From positions 1 through 64,000 of the forward strand of contig CAWCPV010000005.1 in NCBI GenBank assembly GCA_963797555.1: a stretch of 64,000 nt of DNA, in the 5' to 3' direction. Below are positions 32,093 through 44,340 of this stretch, in pieces. Every line of letters begins with the position of its first letter. Position 1 is the first letter of the stretch. The notes beneath the pieces were generated by a model. That model was not told the origin of the DNA. It saw only the letters and a list, made by a program, of their open reading frames with translations, and ran no database searches. Source of the DNA: an uncultured Gammaproteobacteria bacterium. Its GTDB lineage: Bacteria; Pseudomonadota; Gammaproteobacteria; CAWCPV01. Both the position numbers and the translations under genes were made by a program.

Positions 32093-32833
32093 ATGACGTA
32101 TTGCCTCGCCATCTCGGTCAATGCCGGGCTGGTCTTCGCCTCGGACTCCCGAACCCACGGAGGGGTCGACCAAGTCAGCGTCTACCCGAAGATGCACACC
32201 TTCGCCTGGGATGGCGAGCGGGTCTTCGTCTTGCTCAGTGCAGGCAATCTGGCGACGACCCAGGCTGTGATCAAACAGCTCAAGGTGGACAATGCCGATG
32301 GGGAGACGAAGGAGAGCCTGGTGACCCTCCAGCGCATGAGCCAGGCCGCGGACTACGTGGGCCGGCTCAGCGCCGGGATTCAGCACCGCCAGGGGGCAAT
32401 GGTGCAGCAGACGGTCTCGCTGGAGGCGAGCTTCATCCTCGGCGGCCAACTGCGGCATCAGGCGCCGGAGCTGTATCTCATCTATCCCCAAGGCAACTAC
32501 ATCAGTGCCTCGCCCGATCATCCCTTCCTCCAGATCGGCGAGATCAAGTACGGCAAACCCATCCTCGACCGCATCGTCGAACCCGCCATACTGCTCGAGG
32601 ATGCCGCTCGCGGCGCCCTGGTTTCATTGGACTCGGCCATGCGCAGCAACATCTCGGTGGGACCCCCCATCGATCTGTTGATCTATGAGAAGGACAGCCT
32701 GCTGCTGACACGGCAACTCCGGCTCAAGCTCGATACGCCCTACTACGCCACCCTGCGCAAGCAGTGGAACGAGGGACTCAAACACCTCGTGAGCGAGCTA
32801 CCGCGCTTCGACTGGGAAAAGGAGAGGCCCTGA
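32093..32833 (+). CDS. Anbu proteasome-type Ntn protease
   Basis: MTYC N-terminus (catalytic Thr after Met removal), ASDSRT, SAGNLATTQ, LIYPQGN, QIGEIKYGKPILDR, SNISVGPP; TATAAT at 32053. Confidence 0.88.
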   Translation: MTYCLAISVNAGLVFASDSRTHGGVDQVSVYPKMHTFAWDGERVFVLLSAGNLATTQAVIKQLKVDNADGETKESLVTLQRMSQAADYVGRLSAGIQHRQGAMVQQTVSLEASFILGGQLRHQAPELYLIYPQGNYISASPDHPFLQIGEIKYGKPILDRIVEPAILLEDAARGALVSLDSAMRSNISVGPPIDLLIYEKDSLLLTRQLRLKLDTPYYATLRKQWNEGLKHLVSELPRFDWEKERP

Positions 32834-33004
32834 CACCTGCTGACACCTATAGTGCCCACGCCCTTCAGGTTTACTGGCGCACAGCCCGCCCACACCCTTA
32901 CCTGTGACGGGTCGCTCGGATTTCCGACAACAGGTCTCTGTATCTTGACCTCGGTGCGCAGTCGCCTTGACAGAGGGGTCCAGCTCATCGCCCCGCGCGC
33001 TTCC

Positions 33005-33436
33005 TCAGGAAGCCGGCGGGCCGCACTCCACCATGCGCTCCAAGATGAGCCCGTAGAAGGCGTCGTCGCCTGAGAAATGCCATCCTAGCTGGGTAACGCA
33101 CTGGCGGCACACCACCATCCGCCAGCGGTAACCCGAGAACCAGCTCCAGTAGTCGGTCGCCTCGCCGATGGGAGCGCAACCCGGCGCGTACCGGAAGCAA
33201 CCAAACACGAACCGGATGCCGTCGGGATTCGAGCGCCGGTGCACGTGCTGGCCCTCCACGGCGAAAGACTCCTCGCGCGTGGTCACTGGGGCGTGGCACT
33301 CTGCACAACACCACTGCGGTCCGCTGCCTGCGCTGTCCTGCGCCTGAGCGGAGTCCGCCAGGCGTTGGCACTGCTCCTCGCTCAAGCGATCGAACAAGCG
33401 CCAAGCAGCGCCGCTGCCCGTAGGAGGATGGCGCAT
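33005..33436 (-). CDS. Bacterial cereblon-like (CULT domain) protein
   Basis: Zn ligands CAEC and CRQC, NPDG, aromatic cage WSWFSGYRW...LGWHF, FYGLI. Start approximate. Confidence 0.85.
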   Translation of the reverse strand: MRHPPTGSGAAWRLFDRLSEEQCQRLADSAQAQDSAGSGPQWCCAECHAPVTTREESFAVEGQHVHRRSNPDGIRFVFGCFRYAPGCAPIGEATDYWSWFSGYRWRMVVCRQCVTQLGWHFSGDDAFYGLILERMVECGPPAS

Positions 33437-33722
33437 TCCTGCGGCGCCTGGCAGCCCAGTCCCCAACCGCCGGCCAGGAATGCATCGGGCAGTGATCATA
33501 GTTGGGGTTGGGGGATGGCATGCCGCTCTGCGCCGGCGATGACCTGGAACGGGTCCGCCCACAAGGGCGGGTGGGCGCCAGCATCCCGCCAAAGCACCCC
33601 GGCGCTTCACGAGCAGCAGGCGCGTGCCGACCGCGTCGACCACGTTACCCCTGTCCGCTCGGCCAGAAACGCATCGTCCGGGTCCACATGCCGCGCTTCT
33701 CCGCGCATCGAGCGACCCGCCA

Positions 33723-35246
33723 CTAGTGCCACATGTGGGGCTCATAGATCGCTGCGCGGCCTCCCCCCGCGGCCTTGGCCGCCTGCACCGCCCGCTTCCC
33801 AGCGCTTAGCAGATCCTCGGCCCGGTGGAACAGCGACTGCTCGCCATGCGTCACCATCCCGACGGACGCTCTGACCACGACTTCGTTCCCTGGCTCCGGA
33901 CCGAGGCTTGATGAAGCGAATCCCTGAACGATGCGCTCGCACAAAGACCGGGAAGCCTCGATGCCTGCACCGGGCAGAATGATGGCGATGCCACGGTCGC
34001 CATAGCGGGCCAACACGTCCGAATACCGCGTATAGTCGAACAAGCGAGACACCGCACCGTCCAGTACCTTGCTCGCTCTGTCCCGACCGTAAGCGGCGCG
34101 GATCCCCTCGAAGTCATCTAGCTCCACCAGGGCCAAGCTCAGGGGCCAGTGGTAGCGGCCGGCGGCCTCGAACTCCTCGCGCAGGGTCTGCTCCAGCGCC
34201 GCCCGCTCGACGAGCGCTCCCGCCATGCGCCCCCGGTCGCGCAGCTCGCGGAACTTCCCGGCTTCCTCTTCGGGCGCGAGGGCCCGGGTAGCGTCCTCGG
34301 CCTCCTCCATGGGCGCCACATGCGGTGCCGCGAAGGCCTCCTGCGCCTCTTCCAGGACGCGGTCCAGGTCCGACGCCGATACCAGTGCGCTCTCGAAGAG
34401 GAGCTCGACTTCCGGAATCTCGCTGCTCACCGACTGCAGGAGCGCGTTCAGGGCGGCGGCATCCGACCCAAGTTGGCTGCGCGCGGCGTCCGCGGCTTCG
34501 GTCAGGCGGGCGGGATCGTCGCGCAGCCAGATGTCCGCAATCAAGCCCGACACGGCCACGCAGCGCACGAACGCCCGGAAGCGTCTGTCGTCCGTTGCGA
34601 CCAGCCGCGGGTCGTGGCTTCCGGCCACCGCGTCCTGCAGGTACTCGGGGAGCTTCCGATAACGCAGCAGCCACGCGCCGACCTCTGCATGATCGCTCCC
34701 CAAACGGTCCTGCTCCCATTGCTGCAGGCGACCATGCACCCGCTGCGCTTCACCGATGTCCCGGTAGAGATCGGGGAGGGCTCGGTCGAGTGCCAGCATT
34801 CCGATGTCCTGCACGAGCCCTGCCAGGAACAACTGCCCCCTGGATCTGAGCCCGACGCTGCTGCCCAGGGCGTGGGCGCAAGTCGCCGCGAGCATAGCGC
34901 GGCGCCAGAACACGGAGTAGTCCAATCGGCCTTCGGTCCCCTCGCGCAGCGACCCGACCAGCGAGAAGCTCAAGGCGAGGCTCAGGGTCGCGTTCGGCCC
35001 CAGCAGGGTAACCGCCTGCCGCAAGTTGCGGCTCTCCCGCCGTCGGCCATACAAAGCGGAGTTTGTCATGCGCAGGACCTTGGCGACCAAGGCCGGGTCG
35101 AGGTTGATGGCCTCGGCGAGCTGCCCGATGGGCACGTCCGGATCGCGGCCCAGCTCGATGAGGCGCAGGGCGACACCCGGCAGGGCGGGCAGGTTGCCGC
35201 AGTGTTCGAGGCGTTCCAAGAGTTCGGGATTCATCGGGTGGTCCAT
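33723..35246 (-). CDS. HDOD domain protein with degenerate GGDEF domain
   Basis: LPALP, DPALVAKVLRMTNS, QDIG, HAEVGAWL; the GGDEF site reads YGDRG. Confidence 0.85.
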   Translation of the reverse strand: MDHPMNPELLERLEHCGNLPALPGVALRLIELGRDPDVPIGQLAEAINLDPALVAKVLRMTNSALYGRRRESRNLRQAVTLLGPNATLSLALSFSLVGSLREGTEGRLDYSVFWRRAMLAATCAHALGSSVGLRSRGQLFLAGLVQDIGMLALDRALPDLYRDIGEAQRVHGRLQQWEQDRLGSDHAEVGAWLLRYRKLPEYLQDAVAGSHDPRLVATDDRRFRAFVRCVAVSGLIADIWLRDDPARLTEAADAARSQLGSDAAALNALLQSVSSEIPEVELLFESALVSASDLDRVLEEAQEAFAAPHVAPMEEAEDATRALAPEEEAGKFRELRDRGRMAGALVERAALEQTLREEFEAAGRYHWPLSLALVELDDFEGIRAAYGRDRASKVLDGAVSRLFDYTRYSDVLARYGDRGIAIILPGAGIEASRSLCERIVQGFASSSLGPEPGNEVVVRASVGMVTHGEQSLFHRAEDLLSAGKRAVQAAKAAGGGRAAIYEPHMWH

Positions 35247-35306
35247 CCTCTGCGGAAGTCACCCACATTATAGTTAAGCCTAATCGGAGGTGAGGGCCGC
35301 CCCGCC

Positions 35307-36740
<1,434 letters not shown>

Positions 36741-36760
36741 TCAGCCAGCCCATCGCCGGA

Positions 36761-39700
36761 TCAAGCGGCCACATTCATCAGGTCGAGAAGCGTCTCCAGC
36801 TCCGCAGCCTTCGGCTTCACCAGCCAGAAGCGGCGCGCAATGCGCTCGAACTGATCGAAAATGCGGCAGGCCCAATGGCTCCCCGTATCGGTGACGAACT
36901 CGCCGAGGAGGGTGCGCAGGTGGTTTGCATACGCCTGCATGTTCTCCGTGTGCACTCGGTGGATATCGACGAGCTCATGGTTGTAACGGTTGACGAACTG
37001 GTTCTCGAGATCCAGGACATACGCAAAGCCGCCCGTCATACCGGCACCGAAGTTGAGCCCGGTCGACCCCAGGACCACCACGGCCCCTCCGGTCATGTAC
37101 TCGCAGCCATGATCCCCCATACCCTCGACCACCGCCACGCAACCCGAGTTACGCACTGCAAAGCGCTCGCCAGCGATCCCTGCGGCGAACAGCTTCCCTC
37201 CGGTCGCCCCGTACAGGCAAGTGTTTCCAATGATCGGGGTCTTCTCGCTGCGGTAGCGGCAGTCTCGGGGAGGGTAGATGACGATCTTGCCGCCCGCCAT
37301 CCCCTTGCCCACGTAGTCATTGGCGTCACCCTCCAGGATGAGCTGCAGACCACCGGCGTTCCATGCGCCGAAGCTCTGACCCGCCGTGCCATAGAGGCGC
37401 ACGGTGATAGGGGCGTCCTCCATGCCGTGGTTGCCGTGGCGGCGCGCGATCTCGCCCGACAGGCGAGCCCCGATGGAGCGGTTCACGTTCTTGAGGCGGT
37501 ACTGGAAATCGCCGCCGGCTTTCTGCTCGATGGCACCGAGCGCGTCCTGGACCATGGCCTCGGCCAGCGCTCCGGTGTCGAAGGGCGTATTGCTTGGCAC
37601 TTGGCAGTGCTGCGGCTTGCCCTGCGCCTCGGGCGGGACGGTGAGTATTGGGGACAGATCGAGACGCTCCTGCCTCGCAGTCTCGCCGCGGACGGCGATC
37701 AACAGGTCAGTGCGGCCGATCAGGTCCTCGAGGCGGCGCACTGCGAGTCGGGCCATCCACTCCCGGGTCTCCTGCGCGACGAAACGGAAGAAGTTCTCCA
37801 CCATCTCTGGCGATCCCATGAAGTGCTCGCGGCGCAGTACCTCGTTCTGGGTGGCCACTCCGGTGGCACAGTTGTTCAGATGACAGATGCGCAGGTATTT
37901 GCAGCCCAGCGCGATCATGGGGGCCGTCCCAAACCCGAAACTCTCGGCACCCAGAATGGCCGCCTTTACCACATCCAGGCCAGTCTTCAGGCCGCCGTCT
38001 GTCTGTAGCCGCACCTTGTCGCGCAGGTCGTTGGCGCGCAGCGTCTGGTGGGTCTCCGCCAGCCCCAGCTCCCAGGGCACTCCGGCGTACTTCACGGAAC
38101 TCAAGGGGCTTGCACCGGTCCCCCCGTCATAGCCCGCGATGGTGATCAGGTCGGCGTAAGCCTTCGCCACGCCGGCCGCTATGGTCCCTACACCCGCCTC
38201 CGACACCAGCTTCACAGACACTAGGGCATGGGGGTTGACCTGCTTCAGGTCGAAGATGAGCTGGGCCAAGTCCTCGATGGAGTAGATGTCGTGGTGCGGC
38301 GGCGGGGAGATGAGCGCGGTGCCGGGCCGCGCGTGGCGCAGCTTGGCGATCATCGCATTGACCTTGTGGCCGGGGAGCTGGCCACCCTCTCCGGGCTTGG
38401 CACCTTGCGCGATCTTGATCTGCAGGACTTCGGCGTTCACCAGATAGGCCGGCGTCACTCCGAAACGGCCGGAGGCGACCTGCTTGATCTTGGACGTGCG
38501 CTCCGTGCCGTAGCGGCGCGGATCCTCGCCTCCCTCGCCCGAGTTGGACCGACCGCCGAGGCGATTCATGGCGGTGGCGAGCGCCTCGTGGGCCTCGGGA
38601 GACAGAGCCCCCAGCGACATTCCCGCAGTGTCGAAGCGGGACAGGATGTGCTCGATAGGCTCCACCTCCTCCACAGGAATGGACGCGACATCGTCGCGCA
38701 GCCCAAACAGGTCACGGATCACCGTAACGGGGCGCCCGTTCACCAGCCCCGCGTATTCCAGATACTTCTGGTAGTCGCTGCTGCGCACCGCCTCGTGGAG
38801 GGCCTGCACCACGTCGGGATTGAAGGCGTGGTACTCGCCCCCGTGGATGTACTTGAGCAGCCCCCCTTGCCGGATCGCCTTGCGCGGATTCCATGCCTCC
38901 GCCGTCAGGGCCCGGGCATCCTCGTCCAAGTCCCGGAAGTTGGTCCCCTGGATGCGGCTGACCGTGCCGGAGAAGCACAGGTCCACCACCTCCTGGTGCA
39001 GACCGACGATCTCGAAGAGCTGAGCCCCCCGGTAGCTGGTCACGGTGGAGATGCCCATCTTGGACAGGATCTTGTACAGCCCCTTGTTGATTCCCGTGCG
39101 GTAGTTGTGGACGAGCCTGACGGCGTCGACCCCCAGGATCTCCCCGCGGCACATCATGTCGTGTAGGCACTGATAAGCCAGATACGGGATACACCGCCGT
39201 GGCCCCGTAGCCGATAAGCACGGCGAAATGGTGTGGATCGCGCGCGGTGCCCGTTTCCAGCACGATATTGGCGTCACACCTCAGCCCTTCCTGGATCAGG
39301 CGGTGATGGACGGCACCGGTGCCGAGCAGGGCATGGATGGGGATCCGGCCCTTGGCGATGCCGTGGTCGGACAGCACCAGGATTACCTTGCCGCCCTTCA
39401 CGGCGTGGACGGCCTTCTCGCACAGCTCTGCGATGGCCTCACGCAGGGTCCCCTCTTCGGGGTAGGTCAAGTCGATGATCTCGTGTGGGTACTGCGGGTC
39501 GTCGAGGGCCAATAGCTGGCGGAACTTGCTGCGCGACAGAACCGGCGAGTCCACCTCGGCGCGGTCGGCGTGCTCCGGAAACTCATCGAAGGGGTTCCGC
39601 TCACGCCCGAAGCAGGTGCGCAGGGACATCACGATCTGCTCCCGCAACGGGTCGATGGGCGGATTCGTCACCTGGGCGAACTGCTGGCGGAAGTAGTCGT

Positions 39701-41266
39701 ACAGTGACCGCGCCTGGCGCGACAGCGCCGGCAAGGGCGCGTCATCCCCCATGGAGCCGATCGCCTCCTGAGCGGCCTCGCCGAGGACACGCAGCACCTG
39801 GTCGCGCTCCTCGAAGGTGATCAGGAACTGCTTCTCGTACACTCGCAACGCACTCCCGAGCAACGATTCCGCCCCGGGATCCTCCTCGTCCAGCCTGGAC
39901 TCCAGATGCCGGGCATGCTGCTCCATCCACGAGCCGGTAAGGCTGGCGGTTCTTCAGTTGCTCGTCGACGTCGTCCGGCAGCAGGAGTCGTCCGGTCTCC
40001 GTGTCCACCGCGATCATCTGGCCGGGCTTGAGCCGCCCCTTGGCGACGACGCTCTCGGCCGGATAGTCGTACACCCCGATCTCGGAGGCCAGCGTGATGT
40101 GCCCGTCGTCCGTGATCACATAGCGGGCCGGGCGCAGGCCGTTGCGGTCCATGGCGCAAGCGGCATAGCGCCCGTCCGTCAACACCATCCCGGCGGGCCC
40201 GTCCCAGGGCTCCATGTAGAGCGAGTAATACTCGTAGAATGCGCGAAGATCCGGGTCCATGGTCTCCTCGTTCTGCCAAGCGGGGGGAACCAGCACCCGC
40301 ATGGCGCGGAAGATGTCCATGCCGCCCGCGAGGAGCGCCTCCAGCATGTTGTCCAGGCTCATGGAATCCGAGCCGGTCAGGGATACCAAGGGAAGCACAT
40401 CCTCGATGTTCGGGATGAGAGGCGTCTTGAACTTGTACCCGCGTGCTACGGCCCAGTTGCGGTTCCCCCGCAATGGTGTTGATCTCGCCGTTGTGCGCGA
40501 GGAACCTGAACGGCTGAGCCAGACGCCACTCGGGCCAGGTATTGGTGGAGAAACGCTGGTGGTATAAGCACAGCCCAGAGGCAAAACGCGCATCCTCCAG
40601 GTCGGGGTAAAAGACCGGCAGATTGGCCGGCATGATCAGACCCTTGTAGCTGATGACGCGGCAAGAAAGACTGGGGACATAAAAGGGCGGGGCTTGCAGC
40701 TCGAGTGTTTTCTCGGCGCGGCGTCGGGCCACGTACAGACGCCGCTCGAAGGTGGCCTCGTCCATTGCCGGTGGGGGATGAACGAAGACTTGTTCGATGT
40801 GCGGCAGTGATCGCAATGCCTGGGCGCCGCACGCTTCTGTACGTAAGGGCACGACCCGCCATCCCACGACGCGGAGGCCTTCGCAGATCCAATTCGCGGC
40901 CCAGCGTCTGGCGGGCACGCTCGGCGGCACTCGTCTCACGGCTCAGGAAGACCTGCCCGACGGCATACAGCGGGGCCCGAGTTGGAACCCGCATTCCTGC
41001 GCTGCGCCCCGCAGGAAGGCGTCGGGCATCTTCATGAGCAACCCGCAGCCGTCGCCGGTCTTGCCATCCGAGGCGATGGCCCCACGGTGGGTGAGACGGT
41101 TCAGGGAACTGACGGCCGTATGTACCAGCCAATGGGACGGCTGACCGTCCATGTGGGCGATGAGCCCGAAGCCGCAACTGTCCCTCTCGAAGGAAGGATG
41201 GTATAGGCTGGGGACGGTGCGGCCGCATACGGCCTCGGACATCGGGGGGCGCATCCGGTCCGGCAT
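36761..41266 (-). CDS. gltB: Glutamate synthase large subunit (several frameshifts)
   Basis: [53 protein letters not shown] across consecutive ORFs. Confidence 0.95.
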
Positions 41267-41555
41267 GGCTGTCCAAGCCTCCTAGAGCGGTGAGCGGATT
41301 GCGGCCAAAGCGTTTGTCAGTATATCGCCGGGGGTTATCGCATTCAATTTACGGCGTGCTCCGTCGAGCCTTTGCGGTTATCCGGGAAATGCCCCCAGGC
41401 GCTCTTTGTCCCCCTCGCGCTCTCTAGCCCTCGCGCAGACGGAAAAGGGCACGATCGCTCATCTCGCCCCAAGGGGGGCCTGGATGAGAACATGCGTCAT
41501 GGCGCCATGACCGCTTTCAGGTCCGGGCCGCCTGGCCGCACCGCCGAGCGCCGAC

Positions 41556-42707
41556 CTAAGTCAGCTGGGCGGCGTCGAAAAGTCGCGCGTGCTCGGCGAT
41601 CGCATAACGGTCGGTCATACCTGCGACATAATCGGCCACGACCCGTGCCCGCCCTGCCTCCCCGAGCTGCTGCTCCTGCGTGCGGGCCTTGCTCTGGTAA
41701 TCTTCCGGCAGCAGCCGGGGATCGTCGAAGAAGGCATCGAATAGCTCGCTGACGATGCGCCCTGCCTTCGCGCCCATGCGATGCACCCGGAAGTGGTGGT
41801 ACAGGTGCTCGAACAGATAGCGCTTCAGCTCTTGGTGCTGCGCCGCCATGGCCGGGCTGAAGCCGATGAGCGGCTCACCGCATGAGCGCACCCCTTCGAC
41901 ATCCCGAACCCCAGCCGCGGCAATCTTCTCGAGGCTGGTTTCGATCAGATCGGTGACCTGGCGGTTGACAAGCCGCCTCACCATCTCGTGGATGGCGCGG
42001 CGCGGCGATACCCCCGAACATGCGCGCCGCACTAGGTCATACTGCTCGCGGACCAAGGCCGCATCGTGCAGCCGGCCGAGATCGAGCAGGTTGGCCCGCA
42101 ACCCGTCATCAACGTCGTGGCTGTTGTAAGCGATGGCGTCGGCGACATCAGTGATCTGCGCCTCCAGAGTCGGCTGGCGCCCCTCAAGAAAACGCCGCCC
42201 AAGCTCCCCCAGAGCCTCCGCCCTGCTCAGGGAACAGTGCTTAAGGATCCCTTCGCGCGTCTCGTAGGTCAGGTTGAGGCCGGGGAACTCGGCGTACCTT
42301 TCCTCGATCTCCTCCACGACACGCAAGGACTGCAGGTTGTGCTCGAATCCTCCATAGGCCCGCATGCACCGGTTCAGCGCATCCTGGCCGGCGTGGCCGA
42401 ACGGGGTGTGTCCCAGGTCATGAGCCAGCGCGATGGCTTCGGCCAGATCCTCGTTCAGCCGCAACGCGCGTGCGATGGTGCGTGCAATCTGGGCCACTTC
42501 GAGGGAGTGGGTGAGGCGGGTGCGGAAAAGGTCGCCCTCATGGTTGACGAACACCTGGGTCTTGTATTCCAGGCGCCGAAACGCGGTGCTGTGTACAATG
42601 CGGTCCCGATCCCGCTGATACTCGCTGCGGAACCGCGGCGCCGCCTCCCGGTGGCGACGGCCGAGGGAGTTAGCATCGCTGGCAGCACAAGGAGCCAGGT
42701 CGTTCAT
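41556..42707 (-). CDS. dgt: dGTP triphosphohydrolase
   Basis: [43 protein letters not shown]. Confidence 0.93.
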   Translation of the reverse strand: MNDLAPCAASDANSLGRRHREAAPRFRSEYQRDRDRIVHSTAFRRLEYKTQVFVNHEGDLFRTRLTHSLEVAQIARTIARALRLNEDLAEAIALAHDLGHTPFGHAGQDALNRCMRAYGGFEHNLQSLRVVEEIEERYAEFPGLNLTYETREGILKHCSLSRAEALGELGRRFLEGRQPTLEAQITDVADAIAYNSHDVDDGLRANLLDLGRLHDAALVREQYDLVRRACSGVSPRRAIHEMVRRLVNRQVTDLIETSLEKIAAAGVRDVEGVRSCGEPLIGFSPAMAAQHQELKRYLFEHLYHHFRVHRMGAKAGRIVSELFDAFFDDPRLLPEDYQSKARTQEQQLGEAGRARVVADYVAGMTDRYAIAEHARLFDAAQLT

Positions 42708-43789
42708 GCGTCGGCGCGGCAGGCCTCCAGCGTGGGACCGAGCGACTCGGGCGGAAAGTCGGCAGACACCACGGCGCTCCCGATGGCCTTGAGCAGCACC
42801 AGACGAAGACGGCCCCCGAGCACCTTCTTGTCCACTCCCATGATCTCCAACATCCGCTGGCGGTCCATGCCCGCCGGGCAGCGCGTCGGTAGCCCGGCTG
42901 CCGCCACCAAGCCCTCCACCCGGCGGCGCTCCTCTGCGGACAGCCAGCCCATCCGCTGGGACAGATCCGCAGCCATGACCAAGCCCGCCGCCACTGCCTC
43001 GCCGTGCAGCCAACGGCCATAACCCAGCCCGTTCTCGATGGCGTGCCCGAAGGTGTGCCCGAGGTTGAGCAGCGAGCGAGGGCCAGCTTCCAGCTCGTCC
43101 GAAGCAACGACCTCCGCCTTGTTCTGACACGAACGCGCGACGGCATAAGCAAGAGTCTCGCCATCGCGCGCCAGAATTTGCTCGATGTGGCCCTCCAGCC
43201 AGACGAAGAAGGATCGGTCGCGGATCAGGCCGTACTTGATGATCTCTGCGCAACCGGCGCGCAACTGCCGGTCGTCCAGGGTGGCGAGGGTCTCGGTGTC
43301 GCTCAGAACGCAGCGCGGCTGGTGGAACGCCCCGATCATATTCTTGCCGAGCGGATGATTGACGCCGGTCTTGCCACCCACCGACGAGTCCACCTGAGCA
43401 AGCAGCGTCGTTGGGACCTGGATGAAATTGACACCCCGCTGATACGTCGCGGCCGCAAATCCGGCGATGTCGCCCACCACGCCGCCCCCTAGGGCAATCA
43501 CCGTCGTGCTGCGGTCGAAGCGCTTTCGGAGTAACACGTCGTAGATGCGCTGCACCGTCTCGAGGGTCTTGTACTGCTCCCCGTCGGGCAATACGATCGC
43601 TTCCCGCTCGAACCCGGCGAGTGCGTCCAGCACCCCGTCCAAGTACAGCGGACCCACTGTCTCGTTGGTCGCCACCAGAACTTGGCTGCCCCGGACGTGG
43701 GACGACAGAATGTCGGCCCGGCCGAGCAGGCCGGCACCGATGTAAATGGGGTAGCTGCGCTCCTGCAGCTCAACCCGCAGCGTTTCCAT
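42704..43789 (-). CDS. aroB: 3-dehydroquinate synthase
   Basis: [34 protein letters not shown]. Confidence 0.96.
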   Translation of the reverse strand: METLRVELQERSYPIYIGAGLLGRADILSSHVRGSQVLVATNETVGPLYLDGVLDALAGFEREAIVLPDGEQYKTLETVQRIYDVLLRKRFDRSTTVIALGGGVVGDIAGFAAATYQRGVNFIQVPTTLLAQVDSSVGGKTGVNHPLGKNMIGAFHQPRCVLSDTETLATLDDRQLRAGCAEIIKYGLIRDRSFFVWLEGHIEQILARDGETLAYAVARSCQNKAEVVASDELEAGPRSLLNLGHTFGHAIENGLGYGRWLHGEAVAAGLVMAADLSQRMGWLSAEERRRVEGLVAAAGLPTRCPAGMDRQRMLEIMGVDKKVLGGRLRLVLLKAIGSAVVSADFPPESLGPTLEACRADA

Positions 43790-44303
43790 GGTCTCGCAAA
43801 TGCATCAGGATCTCCCTGACGACACGCTGGACTTTCTGGTCTCCGGTCTCCACGACCAGGTCCGCCACCTGACGATACAGCGGGTCTCGCTCCGTGACGA
43901 TCGCCAGCAGCCGACCGACCCGATCCTCCGTCTGGAGCAGCGGACGAACCCGGTCTCTGGCCGTGCGTTGAATCAGTTTCTCGATGGGTGCATGGAGGTA
44001 CACAACCCGGCCCCGGGTGACCAGCGCCCGGCGGTTCTCCGGTGCCAGCACGACCCCGCCACCGGTCGCCAACACGATGTCGTTGAGTCCGGTCAGCTCG
44101 TCGACGACCGCACGCTCGCGGGCGCGAAAACCCGCCTCGCCCTCCAAGTCGAAGATCAGAGAGACGGTCGCACCCGTGCGGCGCTCGATCTCGCGGTCGC
44201 TGTCGTAGAACTCCTTGCCGAGGACGGCCGCAAGACGCCGGCCGATGGTGCTCTTCCCGGACCCCATGGGCCCTACAAGGAAAATATTGCCCGACACCCT
44301 CAT
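43770..44303 (-). CDS. aroK: Shikimate kinase
   Basis: [18 protein letters not shown]. Confidence 0.95.
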   Translation of the reverse strand: MRVSGNIFLVGPMGSGKSTIGRRLAAVLGKEFYDSDREIERRTGATVSLIFDLEGEAGFRARERAVVDELTGLNDIVLATGGGVVLAPENRRALVTRGRVVYLHAPIEKLIQRTARDRVRPLLQTEDRVGRLLAIVTERDPLYRQVADLVVETGDQKVQRVVREILMHLRDHGNAAG

Positions 44304-44340
44304 CGGGCAGATGTGCCAGGGCGGAGGTCAGGCCGCTCGC

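Noticed and set aside
32834-33004. Short repeats or palindromes (TGACACCT x2, TCGGATTTCCGA) between anbu and the cereblon-like gene
   Set aside because: Too short to separate from chance, and located between convergent gene ends.
41556-42707. dGTPase as an antiphage gene
   Set aside because: Short housekeeping-type Dgt coupled to aroB in a core operon, not in a defence context.
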